Program-made: the position numbers and the translations under genes
Shown here: in pieces, positions 36,591-51,605 of the stretch
Layout of the letters: the number at the start of each line of letters is the position of its first letter
Position numbering within the stretch: the first letter of the stretch is position 1
NCBI RefSeq assembly: GCF_001194135.2
Contig: NC_068981.1
Span: 36,220,143 to 36,284,142, forward strand
DNA length: 64,000 nt
DNA from: Octopus bimaculoides
Lineage: Eukaryota
Direction: 5' to 3'
The notes under the pieces: model-generated
What the model was told of the DNA's origin: nothing
Seen by the model: only the letters and a program-made list of their open reading frames with translations
Databases searched by the model: none

Positions 36591-37535
36591 AAAAATATAT
36601 ATATATATAAATATATATATATAAATATATATATATAAATATATATATAAATAAATATATATATATATATATGTATAAATATATATGTATAAATATATAT
36701 GTATATATATACATATAAGTCAGTAAATAGTGGGGTTGTGTTAACCNNNNNNNNNNNNNNNNNNNNNNNNNNNNNNNNNNNNNNNNNNNNNNNNNNNNNN
36801 NNNNNNNNNNNNNNNNNNNNNNNNNNNNNNNNNNNNNNNNNNNNNNNNNNNNNNNNNNNNNNNNNNNNNNNNNNNNNNNNNNNNNNNNNNNNNNNNNNNN
36901 NNNNNNNNNNNNNNNNNNNNNNNNNNNNNNNNNNNNNNNNNNNNNNNNNNNNNNNNNNNNNNNNNNNNNNNNNNNNNNNNNNNNNNNNNNNNNNNNNNNN
37001 NNNNNNNNNNNNNNNNNNNNNNNNNNNNNNNNNNNNNNNNNNNNNNNNNNNNNNNNNNNNNNNNNNNNNNNNNNNNNNNNNNNNNNNNNNNNNNNNNNNN
37101 NNNNNNNNNNNNNNNNNNNNNNNNNNNNNNNNNNNNNNNNNNNNNNNNNNNNNNNNNNNNNNNNNNNNNNNNNNNNNNNNNNNNNNNNNNNNNNNNNNNN
37201 NNNNNNNNNNNNNNNNNNNNNNNNNNNNNNNNNNNNNNNNNNNNNNNNNNNNNNNNNNNNNNNNNNNNNNNNNNNNNNNNNNNNNNNNNNNNNNNNNNNN
37301 NNNNNNNNNNNNNNNNNNNNNNNNNNNNNNNNNNNNNNNNNNNNNNNNNNNNNNNNNNNNATATATATATAAGTCCCGTAATACTTAATATTCAATATTT
37401 CATTTATTCAATAAGACATTCAATACTTCATTTCATTTTACTATATGTACTGTATATTCCATATTCTATATCCTACATTAATTTTATAAGAATATAAATA
37501 AAACATGAAAAACAGAGTTGGAATTTTTTTGAATA

Positions 37536-37567
<32 letters not shown>

Positions 37568-37569
37568 AT

Positions 37570-37602
<33 letters not shown>

Positions 37603-39054
37603 GTGTATGTGTAAGGAACATAGAAATGTAGTCAGTATTAATACTTATATGCTGACATGTCTTTTTTCTGTAACAGAGTGTGTGGACTCTGCATTGTAGC
37701 CTATCTGAACTTATGAAGATTGTCAGCTAATCACATTGTAGATAGGAGAGAAATGCATCTACTACACCCATACCCTTTGGTAACATGTCACACTTTTTGG
37801 GAAAATCTTTTGGACTAGATGTATATATGTATGTATGTATCAGAGAAAGGAAAAAATAAATTGTCAATATTTTTTTAAAGAATATAGCATCAAGAATGCA
37901 TTAGAGTGGTATAATATAGAGTATGGAACATAAAGTATATGAAATATATATGAAGAAAACGATTCCAATTATTAGTGGCTGTAATCTACTTTCAGAACCC
38001 TTAAGAAATCCCTTCAGAGTAGTTGAATCTTTGTTTTATTTTTCCCCTTTTTTAATGATATTCTTGGGCCACTCATTAACTTCAGTTGACACACACTGCT
38101 CCCTGAACCAGGAGAGGCCACTTAAGTTAATTTTTGTTCAATTATTACTTTCATTTTTATATTCTTATCTTATTTTTACATGCTTTCTTGTTGACCAGAG
38201 TTGAACATAATGGTGTTGACTGACAGGGGCAGAGGTAGACAATAGATTCAACAACATCTCATAGGGCCAAGTAAATGTTTTTAGTCTCCTTCAGCATTAT
38301 GAATAATTTAGCTCATATCTTCACCAATTAGTAAACTGTTATGAATTAATCCTTGTTATTTTTACATTGGGTTTTTATCTATTTTTGTTTTTAATATTTG
38401 TTTCTCTTCAATTTACAATGCTTCTTATTGTATTTATTTATTGTTTTTCTTTCATAGTCTAGGACACATTTACCTCTTCTAATACCTTATCTGTCATCTC
38501 CACAGTCATTTTCTACTTTCTCTTCTTGTCCCATCTACTCCCCTTCTATCTTCCTTTATCCATCTCTTTTTCAAGATACTTTGCAATTCTCTTTCTTTTC
38601 CTTACTTTTCTATTTCTTCTGTTTGGAAGAGTCTCTGAGATAAAGTAGTTTTCGTCAACATTCTCCAGCATTATTATTCTTCATCTTTCCCATCAATCTT
38701 ACATGTTATTATTCACTCCTCCTTTATCTGTCTCGCTGTGTGTTTCTCTCTACCTCCTGACTTCACATTCTTAAAATCTCTACATCTATATTTTTGCTCT
38801 TTTATTTTATCCCTCATACTCTTGCATTTTGTTTAAGCATGGTTTCTACAGATTAATCATATTATTGTATATTCATTATTTCCTTAGCATAACTTTTATT
38901 TTGCTCAAATTTGTCAAATCTACATTAGAGAGTGTGTTCAGTACAGTTTATTGTTAGTTCTATGCTACCTTCTTGAAAGGAGAAGCAATAAGTGTTGAAA
39001 CTAGTAACTACACTATCAGTCATGTGACTTACTAAACATATTTTAGAATATCGT

Positions 39055-39300
39055 CATCATCATTGTTTTAACAGTCACTTTTTCATTCTTACATCAGTCA
39101 GGTGGAATTTGAGATGGATTTTCTACAGCTGGATGCCTTTCCTGTTGTCAACCCTTCTTCATTCATAAGCAAGGTAATATTTCCCCATGGCTAGACATGT
39201 TTCAAAGAATAATTTATAGGATGACATCACTCATTTACAACTATTACTTGATGTCAAAACAAGGAGGGACAAACACACTCACATACACATGCAAGATGGG
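39055..39300 (-). mobile_element. RTE-tail short element
   Basis: catcatcattgttttaacag...ttctacagctggatgccttt...aagcaaggtaatatttcccc. Confidence 0.65.
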
Positions 39301-40411
39301 CTTTAAAAGTTTAATTGGTGAATTGGTTAAGTCATTAGAACATACAACAAAATGCTTTGAAATGTTCTAGCCCACTGCACTCTGAGTTCAAATTCTATAA
39401 AAGTCGACTTTGCCTTTCATTCTTTCACAGATGATAAAATTCCAGTCTGAAACAAAGAATTGGTGAAACTGTTAGAACATTAGATGAAATGATGTTTTCT
39501 TGGTTGGTAAACTTAATCAATTGCCCAGTTTAACAAAACCACTTGGTCCTTAGGTGCCTTTTTGGGTCAAGTCTGTGGTTTGTTAATAACCTCTCCTCTT
39601 CCTCCTACTAGTCTCAAAGGCTCTGAAAGATAAAGTGGTATAGGTTCTATCCTTTCTTTCAGTAATTAGTTAAAAATCATAAACCTGACCAATGTAATTT
39701 AACCATTTTGTTATATTTTTGATGAAATATACAGTCTTTGTTTCAATCAATTTTGAAAATGAAAGTTTCTTAAGTTTGGAACATGAATTAGCATGAAATT
39801 TTGATGGGTGATTTTAATTATGATCATATTTAAAGCAAAAGTTTGTATCATAGAACCAAGTGTGGTCTCAAGCTGGTTGGTTATAAAACAGTTAAACATT
39901 GACTATGTTCTTACTGAACAATTTAAGATTATGCTTCACTTTCATTTGTTAGATGACACTTCTGGGAAGTTAACCACAATGTTTATGAATTTTTATTTTG
40001 AAATATGTTGTATTTTTCACACCTGCACATGCAAAATATATATCTGCTTAGTGATTCTCATATCTTCCTCAGAAAGTACGGTGAAGTATAAATCAGGCTG
40101 AGGAGGATTAATAAGACTGAATAATTGTCTGGATTGTCTCCTCACCTTGCTGAATTGATTAAATATTAGTTGCTAGGCTACTATTGTCTTTTCTTTACCA
40201 CATAATTATTTCTAATTAGATTTTTTATATTTACTGCATAGATATGCACAGCTAATGTTTTAGCTGAATGTTGACATATCTTGTCATAAACACTTCATTG
40301 TGTCAATATCCAAGAAACTCAAATCACAAATGGTTTGGTACCTGCTAGCTGAGAGTAGGTTCCACAGGTTGTGAATAATTCACCATTCTAAGCAGTGGTG
40401 GCATGCATATT

Positions 40412-40620
40412 GCTGTTTAGCTCTAAGCAGACCTGATTGAGCAAACCTATGAAAGGTACTCTAGCCATGACTATTCCAACTTTTATTTCAGACATTGTGT
40501 ATCTAGGACTAAGTTATCCAATGTGTCTTTTCCATTTTTTAAAGATAGAGAGTAATTTGAGTGATATTTGATTGCTATATCCAGCAAGCTGAGCAGCCAC
40601 ATACAGGCTTATCATATTAG
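40412..40620 (-). mobile_element. SINE-like family C (CAA-tailed) copy
   Basis: gctgtttagctctaagcagacctgattgagc...ctagccatgactattcc...ttatccaatgtgtc...gatttgattgctatatccagc; many related copies in the window. Confidence 0.7.
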
Positions 40621-41798
40621 CTCAAGAGGCAGTGTTGTAACATTGACAAGAGCCTAGTTCAATTTTTGCTGTGTCTTTAGAGAGTCATGATGCTGATAAC
40701 AATAGAAACACACACTGCTTCAATATCACTTCTTTTAGTTAGCCAATTGGTTAAATATCTAATCAACTAACTAATTGATCATTTGTTTAATGTGTTGATT
40801 AAACAATCAATTGGTTGTTGGTTTGTCAGTCCTTTCATTGTTATTCATGGTCACTTCTATGAGATGCCCTCTCTCTTCAAGGTTTGCCTTGAGATTTGTT
40901 TCAGCACATGAATTTACATCAAGAATCTTGCAAACCAAATACAAAAATGAAGTTAATTCAATTTCTTTTATGCGTACAGCTTGAAGAATTACATAAAAAA
41001 GTTAAATCTTCAATAGTGCCTACCACCATAATGCCACAAAGAACTACCCACATTTATCAAGCTGGCACCTTATCAACCATTTTTGATTTCCAAATCCCAT
41101 ATGACACTTTGTTAATTATTCTGTTTACCTAATATTTTGTATCTGTCTTGCTTTAGCTAGCAAAACGTGACCCATGCTGCAACAAATTTAAACCGTTCTA
41201 TAAATTATAGAAGGACATCTTTCACAACTGAACAATTCTTCTAAACACTAGCTAATCAACCATGAAAGTGTTATTAGTGTCTATTTTCAGCTTGTTATGA
41301 AGTTGAGGCCAAGAAAAATGTAGCTTGCCTTCCTCAAGAGTATTTTCTTCAGTGTCTCATACATTCTGTTATTGCACTCCTGGGACAATTCCAGAGAAAT
41401 GATTTATCATTAGTTTCTATAATTGCTCTTCATATCCCTGCTGCTCAATAAGGACTTAGATTCTTTACTTCTTACAAAATGTCATTAATATCATTTGGTT
41501 TTAGCTACCAGTTTACATTAGATGGTAATTTTTCATTTTTCTTTTTATTTTGTGGTACATAGTTATGCCTTTAATTATTTCTCTTGCACTCTTGGTGCTA
41601 TAATAAAACACAATCTGTCTCATTTTTGTTAATGATATAGCCGGCACAGAGCTGGACAACAAGCTGTTAAACTCTTATTAAGTGGTATGTATGGTATGTA
41701 TATATGTGTATATAGTACATTTGTGTGTGTGTGAGTGTGTGTCACAAATACACCCAGCTAAACATAGGTATGCATACACACACACATATATAAAGAGC

Positions 41799-42233
41799 TA
41801 GGTGTAAGTCCGTTAATCTGTTAATTGTTAATTAACAAAGTTAACATTTATAAGTTAAATCTGTTAATCGTTAATTAATGAAGTTGACATTTTAAAGTTA
41901 ATTTTGAAAATCATTATCGGACTAATTAACTTCCATTACATTTAACTTCTGTTAACTCAAGTCCATTAACCCCAAAATTTCATAAAAACTGGTAAACGTT
42001 TAAAAGTTTCTATTGTTTTCAGATTGTCTTAGTATATTTAATAATTGTATGCATCATTTTAGGTGGGGTTTTTTTCTTACACACACATAACATGGCCTCG
42101 CTTGGTTGGGACTACATGTGTGTTACTTTGACATCGTCATTCCATAAAATTTGTTTATGGGGAGAAAAATATTGAAAATATTAATTGATGTGTGAGTGAG
42201 AAAGAAACGAAGAGGGAGGTTTTGGGAATGTGC
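41799..42233 (+). mobile_element. DNA transposon left end with GTTAA subterminal repeats (hAT-like)
   Basis: taggtgtaagtccgttaat followed by about a dozen gttaa/ttaac units in ~170 bp; runs into a gap. Confidence 0.5.
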
Positions 42234-42859
42234 NNNNNNNNNNNNNNNNNNNNNNNNNNNNNNNNNNNNNNNNNNNNNNNNNNNNNNNNNNNNNNNNNNN
42301 NNNNNNNNNNNNNNNNNNNNNNNNNNNNNNCTCTCATAGGCTTTAAGTGTGTAGTGTAAAAAAAAAAATGGCTAAAATCGTTTCAAAATAGGGTGGTGAG
42401 GAGGTGGCAGGATTGAGAAAAAATTTTCAAAATTTTTTCTGTTTTTTTCGTGAAAAGATTCCTTTCATCATTCGGAAGACTTTGGTGAAAAACATTGGGA
42501 AAAATAGAAATTCCAACTTATGTGGGCCATCTGATCCAAAACTCCATTTCCCAGAAACTCCTTGCCCCCATCCCCTTCCAAAAATTTTGCCTAGAAAATT
42601 CTTTGTAATTGTAATCTACACCATTTGAAAGGTATTTGTATAAAATTTCATTATAAAATACATATTTTCCACAAAGTTATGAGGGGGAAAATGTTGGGTC
42701 CTGTGAATTTTCTGAAACTCCTTTCCCCAATCCCTAGGAAAATTTTTTCCAGCAAATCTTCACATACACTCAGTCTACAGGATATAAGTGATTATCTGAT
42801 GAAAGTTTTGTTAAAAAGTATCTAGATAACACACTATGCCTAGATAACACACTAGAAAA

Positions 42860-43400
42860 GTTCATACTTTTTGTTACCTAGGAGATGTAATTTGTAAGGG
42901 AGGAGGTTGCTCTGAAAGTATAGAAGCTAGAGTAAGAACTGGTTGAAGAGAGTTTAGGAGGTTACTGCCACTGCTAACAACAAAGATCTTTTCTCTGTGA
43001 GTGAAGGGCAGACTGTATATGCTTATGCTAGAACTGCAATGTTGCATTGTAGTGGGCCTTGACTGCAAAGGACCTGAGAAGGCTAGAAAGAAAGGAAATG
43101 AGTATGCTCCACTGGATGTGCAATGTGAATGTACATGAAAGAATTAGTACAAAGATGCTGAGTGAAAACTGGGCATGAGAGGAATCAATTGTTGAAAGAA
43201 GACTGTGCTAGTATGGACATGTGATGCATACGGAGGAGGACAGTTATATAAAAAAAAGTGCTGATTCCTAAATGAGTGGCTGGAAATTGTGGAAGGGGGA
43301 GAACCAGGAAGATATAAAATGAAGTTGTTAGGGCTGATATGAGGTTCTTGAAACCGAGTCACCAAACTGAATTCTGGAAGCACTATGTATTGTTCTCTAC
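42860..43400 (+). mobile_element. RTE LINE fragment (RT thumb and C-terminus), degenerate
   Basis: FCYLGDVICKGGGCSESIEARVRTG*REFRRLLPLLTTK...VKGRLY...SMLHWMCNV...YGHVM...GRGRTRK, with stops and frameshifts. Confidence 0.85.
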
Positions 43401-44429
43401 CCAAGTTACAGTAACTCATCTCCACCTTCCATGCATTAGGACTGCCTCTTCTTCCTGCTCCCAACTTCTGTAGACTGTCGACTATGTTATCCTTCTCTCT
43501 TGTCTACCCTACCCCCTTTCCTCCTACAATGGTATCATATTTACTACCCCTGTTGCTTGCTGCCCCCACCCCACCTCCACTCTCTTTTGCATATCTCTCT
43601 ATCTTCCTCAACTCATGGCTCCTTTCTTACCTGCCCTTCAACTCTACCTATTTTGGCAATCTGCCTCTCCATTTCTTCATTCTCTTTCTATACAATCTTG
43701 CAAACCAATTTTCCAACTTACCTCATGCCTTGTGGAGTCACCTAGGCACCTCATCACCGTTATTTATCTCCTGCAGCTTCTAATGTTCCTTTTCTCCTCT
43801 TACATACAGATCCTCTACAAGAAACTGCACTGCCCCCACCTTTCTCATAGTTCAATCCCCTAATCCACTAGCATGAAGCTGATCCCTGGCCATGGTTTGC
43901 AATTCTGCAAGCTGCATGGTGACCTCAGTAGTTCAGGTAGCATAAAGAAAGCACTCAGTACTTACTGTAAACTGGTTGGAATTAGAAAGGGCAACCAGCT
44001 ATAAAATCAAACTGAAAACATAGCTGTTAAATCAATGAAAAACCTTAATTACATACATAGGGCTACAAATCAGCCTGCTAGTGTGCTGAAAATGATTGTG
44101 AGGTGACCAAACTTTTTCTTTTCAAATGTAGATAGATGACACTAAACAATCAAGTAACCACCAGAAACCTTCCTCTTCCTGTTACATGCAAATAGTCAGG
44201 GCAGACCCCATCAGCACTGGCATAATGAAAGGCAGAAATGGAGATAATGAAGAGGTGCTAGAGTGGAGATAAGAAAATTAATTATGAGTACAAGAAGATG
44301 GTGGGAAGAATCCCCATGGGCAAGGAACACATATACAAATTTTACTGATGGATAATTGTGTTGAAGCTGATGGAGTACTACACATATTGTTGGCTGAGAA
44401 ATGTATAAAGGAAACAATTAAAAATGATT

Positions 44430-44690
44430 CATCATCATCATCATCGTTTAACGTCCGCTTTCCATGCTAGCATGGGTTGGACGGTTTGACTGAGGACTGG
44501 TGAAACCAGATGGCTACACCAGGCTCCAATCTGATTTGGCAGAGTTTCTACAGCTGGATGCCCTTCCTAACGCCAACCACTCAGAGAGTGTAGTGGGTGC
44601 TTTTACATGCCACCAGCACAAAGGCCAGTCAGGTGGTACTGGCAACGGCCACGCTGAAAATGGTGTATTTTATGTGCCACCCACACGTTC
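44430..44690 (-). mobile_element. RTE-tail element, well-preserved copy
   Basis: catcatcgtttaacgtccgctttccatgctagcatgggttggacgg..., highly similar to 11758-11990. Confidence 0.85.
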
Positions 44691-44699
44691 ATTAGTATG

Positions 44700-44960
44700 A
44701 ATGAACAACAGAGCACAAAGGAGCTGAGATAAAAACTGAGTATAAAAGGAATCAGTTGTGTACAGAAGAGAAAACAACACTGTTATGGACATGTGGTGTA
44801 TATGAAAGTTGGGTAAAGAAGTGCTAAGTGATCCAAGTGGAAAAAAAAAACCTGTGGAAGAGGGAGACTAAGACATGAGAAGTGGTGGTGAAAGACAATT
44901 TCAGGAAGCTGAACCTCATGTAGGAAATGATTAGTGATTGTAACACGCGGTGAAACTTTA
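44700..44960 (+). mobile_element. RTE LINE C-terminal fragment, degenerate
   Basis: Similar to 43140-43360 (ggacatgtg...gtggaagagggagactaag...gtggtgaaagac). Confidence 0.6.
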
Positions 44961-46639
44961 TTGGTAAAGACCTAAGCAAGGATGGGAAAATGGACATAAA
45001 ATATATTTTCCCCATAACATTAGAATTTAAAACCAGTTTTCCAAGGAAATTTTTATTTGCTTATGAGGTAGTTCTTATAGCTAACCTGTTGAAGAATTAG
45101 AGAATTTCCAAATATGGAAGCAAAGCCTAGAGTCAATCATAAAATAAACCCACTAAAGGCATACACATGCACACACACAAGCACATGCACACACACAGAT
45201 GCACAGGCATACACACATATATCTATGGAATGATGATGATGAGGATGGTGAAGAGGAAAGTAATGAAGAAAAGAAGTAGACATAGACAGTCATGTATATA
45301 AATATAAATGCAGGTAGTTAGGACTGGTACAACTGTCTACTTCTTTATATTTTCCTTGTTTTTCTCATGTTCCTAATCTTTATCCCTCTGCTATCACTTA
45401 ATCTACTACTATATCACACATTATATTTATTTTCCTTTTTTGTTTCGGTCTCTTCACATTTATTCTCTATTCTTTCTTTTTACTCTTCCTTTCCAACTTG
45501 TATGCATCCTCACTATTTTTACCTTTGTTTCTTCATAAATTTCCAACCCTTCACTTCTCACATGTATTTCTTTCATTTCATTTCCCGACCATTTTCTTCT
45601 TTTTCCTTTCTTTAACCCCCTCCCTGCAATTTCTGCTACCTTTCTCTGCTTCTCCCATTCTCACTTCACCAACCGGAACTTCTTTGGTTATATCTCTGAT
45701 CTGTCCCTACCTCCTAATCATGCAAATCTCTTCTTTAGTTTCTCAGCCTTTTTGATTAATCAATCCTTTTCATGTTCAAGGTGAAAAAAAAAGATAAAAA
45801 TCAAGAATGAAAGAAACTAGAAAATGGTTGAAAGGAACTGAGAGATAAAAAAAATAAATGTATGAAAAACAGGTGTAGTAGCATTGAATTTGTCTTTATT
45901 GATCTCAGCTGAAAAGTCAAAAGTCATGTCGATGATATTTGCATAATGATGATGTTGATGGTTATAACGGAATATTCTAAAAGTGGAAAAAAAGAAACAA
46001 AAAGAAAACATCAGATATTTATAAAGAATCAGTATGAGAGTAATTTGTAATTTTTTCCAAAAATTATAAGAGAAATTGAATGGAATTATTAGGCATAAAC
46101 ATCACAAATTCCTATTTCCTATTTTTCTGACAAACCTGTGGCTTTCTGCTTATGAATTGGGAAATCATTATATATTCCAGATTATAACAGATACCATATG
46201 TGAAGGGGGTGAAATTCTGAACATCAAGATCATAATCTGGTTTTAATTTTTATTCTGAAATGCTTTTTCTAACATTGTTAAAGCTTATGAAAAAGTCATG
46301 AATGCAACAGCTTCCCAATTCTTATATGAATATTTTATCTTAAGTAAAAATAAATTATTATAGATGCCTTATAGTTGCAAGAGGAACAGTGAAATGACAA
46401 GTTCTTCACATAAAAGTAATTTCAAATGTTTATATGAAAAAATTTACTTTCTTACCATAAAAAGCCATATAAAGCACACAATTCATATATAGTATGGATC
46501 TCAATGTTTGTGCTTGTCTTAAGACCTGTAATACCTTACATAACCTGCAGTGTTGTACAAGTGCTTCATGAGTAGATAATCTACTGCAATCCAATGTATT
46601 AGTTTTTAATATTTCATTTTATATAAAAGGAATTGATAT

Positions 46640-46860
46640 ATAATTGTTCCTAGCTTAAGCCTATGACAGCAGTTTTGAGGGGAGGGGTATGATTAATACT
46701 ATTGACCTCAGTACTTGACTTGTACTTCATTTTATTGATACTAAAAGGATGGAAAGCAAAATCGATCTTGATGGGATTAGAACTCAGAATATGGAGAGCC
46801 AAAAGAAATACTGCAATACTTTTTTTTCTAGTGCTCTAATGATTTTGCCAACTTGCTATC
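46640..46860 (-). mobile_element. SINE family B copy
   Basis: aaaaggatggaaagcaaaatcgatc...attagaactcagaat...gattttgccaacttgc. Confidence 0.75.
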
Positions 46861-49294
46861 ATAAATTGTTATATAATAGAAACAACATAATCAACAACAA
46901 AAATTTGCATTATTGTTTTGTTTTTTTTTCACTGTGAAAGTGGGTGAAGTAAAATTTTACAGTCTAATATCATGATTTATACGGACCCCTAATTTTAATC
47001 ATAATTTTGGTGAAAAAAGTGTACTGAATACATAGCTTCATGATACTTTGCATTTGTTTTTACTATCAATCAAATTTTTTTGGCAGTCAACTAAAAGCTC
47101 CTTGAAGACTAACTCAGCATGCTCGATGCAAACCAATGAGAAAATCTATGTGAATGAGCCTCAACATGGTTACTGAACATGTAAGAAATGTTATAATATA
47201 CCATTCTTAATACCTGTTTGAGGATATGGGACTCAAAACAGCCTATGAAGAGATTGGCATAACAAAGGCCTATCTTAGTGACCGTGGTTACCCTGTTAGT
47301 TTCTTTGGAGAATTCACCAGAGAAGGAGTAACAAGAGGAGTTGAAAACAAATTCAGCTAAGTGGAGAAGTGTGACAGTACTAGGTTCATGTAAAGAACAA
47401 AGGTCAAAGAAATATTTAAGAGCTAAGAGCCTGTTGTGAGTGATGACAGTGCATAGGCATTTTATAAGAATTATGAAGATCCAGAAGAAAATGAAGTTTA
47501 TTCAGTAGTATCCTTGGTATGTGAAGAAAGGATCAAAACAAATGGTAACATGAGTTTATCAGGGTAGTTAGAGTGGAGTTCAGATACTTTTACAAACAGA
47601 AACAATGGGGTGGCCAGAATGGTTGAGTTTGCACAGCTTATGTAGAAAAAAGATAGCAGATATATGTGTTGATGGGGTTAGTAGTAGCAATGAAAGGAGA
47701 TGCAGAGGAACAGAATATATTCTTGAACAACTGCTGACATTTCCTCTCCCCCAATGTAAGTTTTTGTTCAAAACATCCTTCACTTTTTCCTCATTGTATA
47801 AAATATATTTGAATTGTTTGACTTATTTAAATTTAAGTTTCTGGACAAATTGTGATGAGATAACATAAGAATTTGCTTTCATAATATTACTGAAAATAAA
47901 TATTTTGTGAATTTTTTTTAGACTATTATACTATATGATGCTTTTAGAAAAATTGTTTTGCCATGTTTTTGTGAAGAGTAGAGACATTGTGTAAAGCTTG
48001 GTCTTCATAAAATATGTCTAAGATAAATCAGTCTGCAGTAGACTATCGTCTTCAAATCTATTAATCAAAACCAAATTCAAAGGTATAGAGCTTACAACAT
48101 TTTGTATTGGGGAAAAGCTGTAATGTTCAGGACTTCACCCATGTCCTTAATAGCATGAATAAATTGAAAGTGCTCTCAGTTGGGATAATAAAATTGAGAA
48201 CATACATCCAACTTGCCAGAAAATCTTACTACTGTGCCTGACCATATCACATGCATGATGAACTTGTTATCATCACCAGTGCTGCTACTGCTGCTGTTAC
48301 AATGACTGTGACAAAGCTGCTCCCGCTGATGATGTCAATCACCACCATCATCATCATCACTGTTTTACATGTGCTTTTCCATACTAGTAAGGGTTGGTCG
48401 AGTTTTCTGAGATAATGTTTCATGGTCAGATGCCGTTCCCATCACCAATACTTTTAATTACCCCTTACATCATTTAGGAACAGAGTGTACCTATAGGAAA
48501 TCTGTAATACACATGGTATTTATCCAATACAAATCTATTACTGCTTAAATATTATTTTCTCAGAAGATAAGCTTTTATCAAATGACAAGATATTGCTTCA
48601 GTAAAAATTCCCACACATAATAAACCTATTGTAATAATGATGCCACAGAAAATATATGAACATTTGGTTGTTTTCAATGTGTTCTGATCACTAATGATAG
48701 TTAGTGCTTGACTACAACCTTCATGTTTTTCTATGAAACAAAGTAAAATTAAGGGTCAGTCTTCAGAAAAGCAGGTCATTTTCAATAAAGCCTTTCATTA
48801 AGGAGACATTTCCTTGCTGTTTTTAAAAATTTCTCCTGGAAATCAGTGACAATATCAAGCTTTGATGTTCAGAATTTCCTCAGAACTCTCTTTCTTCAAA
48901 AAACAGCCTGACTAGTCCATTTTTACTTCATTATTCAATTTATTTCTTCCTTCTTATTTTTGTCATCTTCCACTATCACTTTCAATATTTCTTCCTCCTT
49001 CACATCCTCTTTCTTGTTTAGTTTTCTTTCTCTCACATTCTTTAATTTCAGTTCTTCCCTCTCCTTTTTGATTATCCCTTCTCACTTCCTCCAATTTTCA
49101 TTCTACTTTCCTGTATCTCTTTTTCTTCTGTCACTTTCTCTTAATTATTTTTTACCTCCTGAAATCCTCCTCAACATCTATCTTTGTGTGTACATGTGTG
49201 TGCATGCATGTGTTTGTGTATAGGTGTGTCTATGTGTGTGCACGCATGTGTGTATGTGTGTGTTTGTGTGTGCACGCATGTGTGTGTGCACGCA

Positions 49295-49388
<94 letters not shown>

Positions 49389-49673
49389 TGTGTATCATTT
49401 TTATTATCACCCCCCACTTCTTCTCATCCCCCATCCCCAATCAATTTTCTCTCTCTACTAAACTTGTCAGTTTATACTCTTTCTATTCCACCAACCTCTC
49501 ATTATCTTCATTTTTATATGCACACACACACACACAACCTTGTCTTACATGCACACATAGCCTCTCAGTCTGTCTCTCTCTCTCACACACACACTCTCTC
49601 TAACACATAGAAAATAACTCACATGAACAGCATTTCATTAATTCTCTATCTTCTTTTCTCTCTCTCTGCCCCT

Positions 49674-49714
<41 letters not shown>

Positions 49715-50539
49715 TTCATACAAATATACATACATTTTTGCATGCCTATTCCACAACCCAAAATACTCAACTTCTCCTTAAAGCACACATTCCCTCTCCT
49801 TACTTCTCTCCTTCCTTACATACATAACAGCTTTCCCAGCATCTCATTTCAACAACATAAGGCACCTGTCATTCTACATCATTTTTACCTTACTGCTACA
49901 CTCCCTCCCTTGCTATCATTCATCCAAGAGTCTCCACAGAAAATATGGTCAATCTTTTCTCCTGCAACTTCACAGTTCTCTTCTTTGGAACTCATCGATT
50001 CTATCTCTCTGTTACACAACCCTCACTCATACATAGTAAACAGATGGAAATCCGTAGGGAACAAATAAGCCACACCCAAAGTGGAACCAACACTTTCCTT
50101 CTTTCCTCCCCTTCCTATCTCCCTATCTCTAATTTTCTTCTCTTTCCTTCTCTTTCGCTCCAAATATCATACTACGCATAGAGTAGCCCTAAAGTGCTTT
50201 GTGCCTAGATTCTGTACAACACAAAAACAAATCACTTACTAAATTGAACAAATGTTTTAAATATCTGTATACATCCATATTCCTAAATTCACACGCACGC
50301 ACATACATATATATATATGTATGCATATATCTATATAAATATATATGTGTGGATATACATGAACATACATATGTATGCATATACACACATATATATGCAT
50401 ATATATATATATACATACACATTTATAATATATATATATTTAGAGATAGATTAGATAAACAGACAGATAGATATATAAAGGCAGTGCTCCAGCATGGACG
50501 CAATCAGATAACTTAAACAAATAACAGAATAAAAGAATA

Positions 50540-50595
<56 letters not shown>

Positions 50596-50599
50596 GGTG

Positions 50600-50962
50600 T
50601 GTTATTTCTTTACTACCCACAAGGGGCTACACACAGAGGGGAGAAACAATGACAGACAAACGGATTAAGTCGATTATATCGACCCCAAAGCCTAGTACTT
50701 ATTCTATCAGTGTCTTTTGCCGAACCGCTAAGTTACGGGGACAGAAACATACCAGCATCGGTTGTCAAACGACATTGGGGGGACAACACACACATATATA
50801 CGACGGGCTTCTTTCAGTTTCTGTCTACCAGATTCACTCACAAGGCTTTGGTTGGCCCCAGGGTATAGTAGAAGACACTTGCCCAAGGTGCCATGCAATG
50901 GGACTGAACCTGGAACCATGTGGTTGGTAAGCAAGCTACTTACCACACAGCCACTCCTGCAC
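50600..50962 (-). mobile_element. SINE family A copy, well preserved
   Basis: cgaccccaaagcctagtacttattctatc...ccgctaagttacgggg...acgggcttctttcagttt...ggaaccatgtggttggtaagcaagctacttaccacacagccactcctg. Confidence 0.88.
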
Positions 50963-51058
50963 GTATGATATATAAAAGTTTTTAGAATACTATCAATATA
51001 AACATAAATGCACACATATTTACTTCCCACCCCCATGCCACATATATGTATGTGTGTA

Positions 51059-51089
<31 letters not shown>

Positions 51090-51227
51090 NNNNNNNNNNN
51101 NNNNNNNNNNNNNNNNNNNNNNNNNNNNNNNNNNNNNNNNNNNNNNNNNNNNNNNNNNNNNNNNNNNNNNNNNNNNNNNNNNNNNNNNNNNNNNNNNNNN
51201 NNNNNNNNNNNNNNNNNNNNNNNNNNG

Positions 51228-51378
51228 ACTTCCAGTAGTTATTTATTTTTTTAAAGTCTGGCACTTGTTCTATCAGTCTCGTTTGCTGAACTGATAAGTT
51301 ATGGGGACACAGACACATCAATCCATGCTGTCAGGCAGTGGTAGTGGACAAACAAAGACACACATGTGCGCGCGCACA

Positions 51379-51414
<36 letters not shown>

Positions 51415-51605
51415 CACACGCACACACACACACACACGCACATGATGAGCTTCTTCCAATTTCAGTCTACCAAATCCACTCACCAGGCTTTGGTCTGTCC
51501 TAGGCTATAGCAGAAGACATTTGCCCAAGATGCCATACAATGGGACTGAACCTGGAACCATGTGGCTGGAAAGCAAGTTTCTTACCACACAGCCACACCT
51601 CTGCC
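51228..51605 (-). mobile_element. SINE family A copy with an internal (GCAC)n/(CA)n expansion
   Basis: Family A modules flank a cacgcacg tract at ~51368-51440. Confidence 0.85.

Noticed and set aside
41153-41236. NYRRTSFTTEQFF*, resembling a homeodomain N-terminal arm
   Set aside because: A stop follows at once and no helix 1-3 sequence or donor site is present.
46211-48879. 17-bp inverted match gaaattctgaacatcaa at ~46211 and ~48863
   Set aside because: A rough estimate gives about one such match by chance in 64 kb of AT-rich DNA, and it does not extend.
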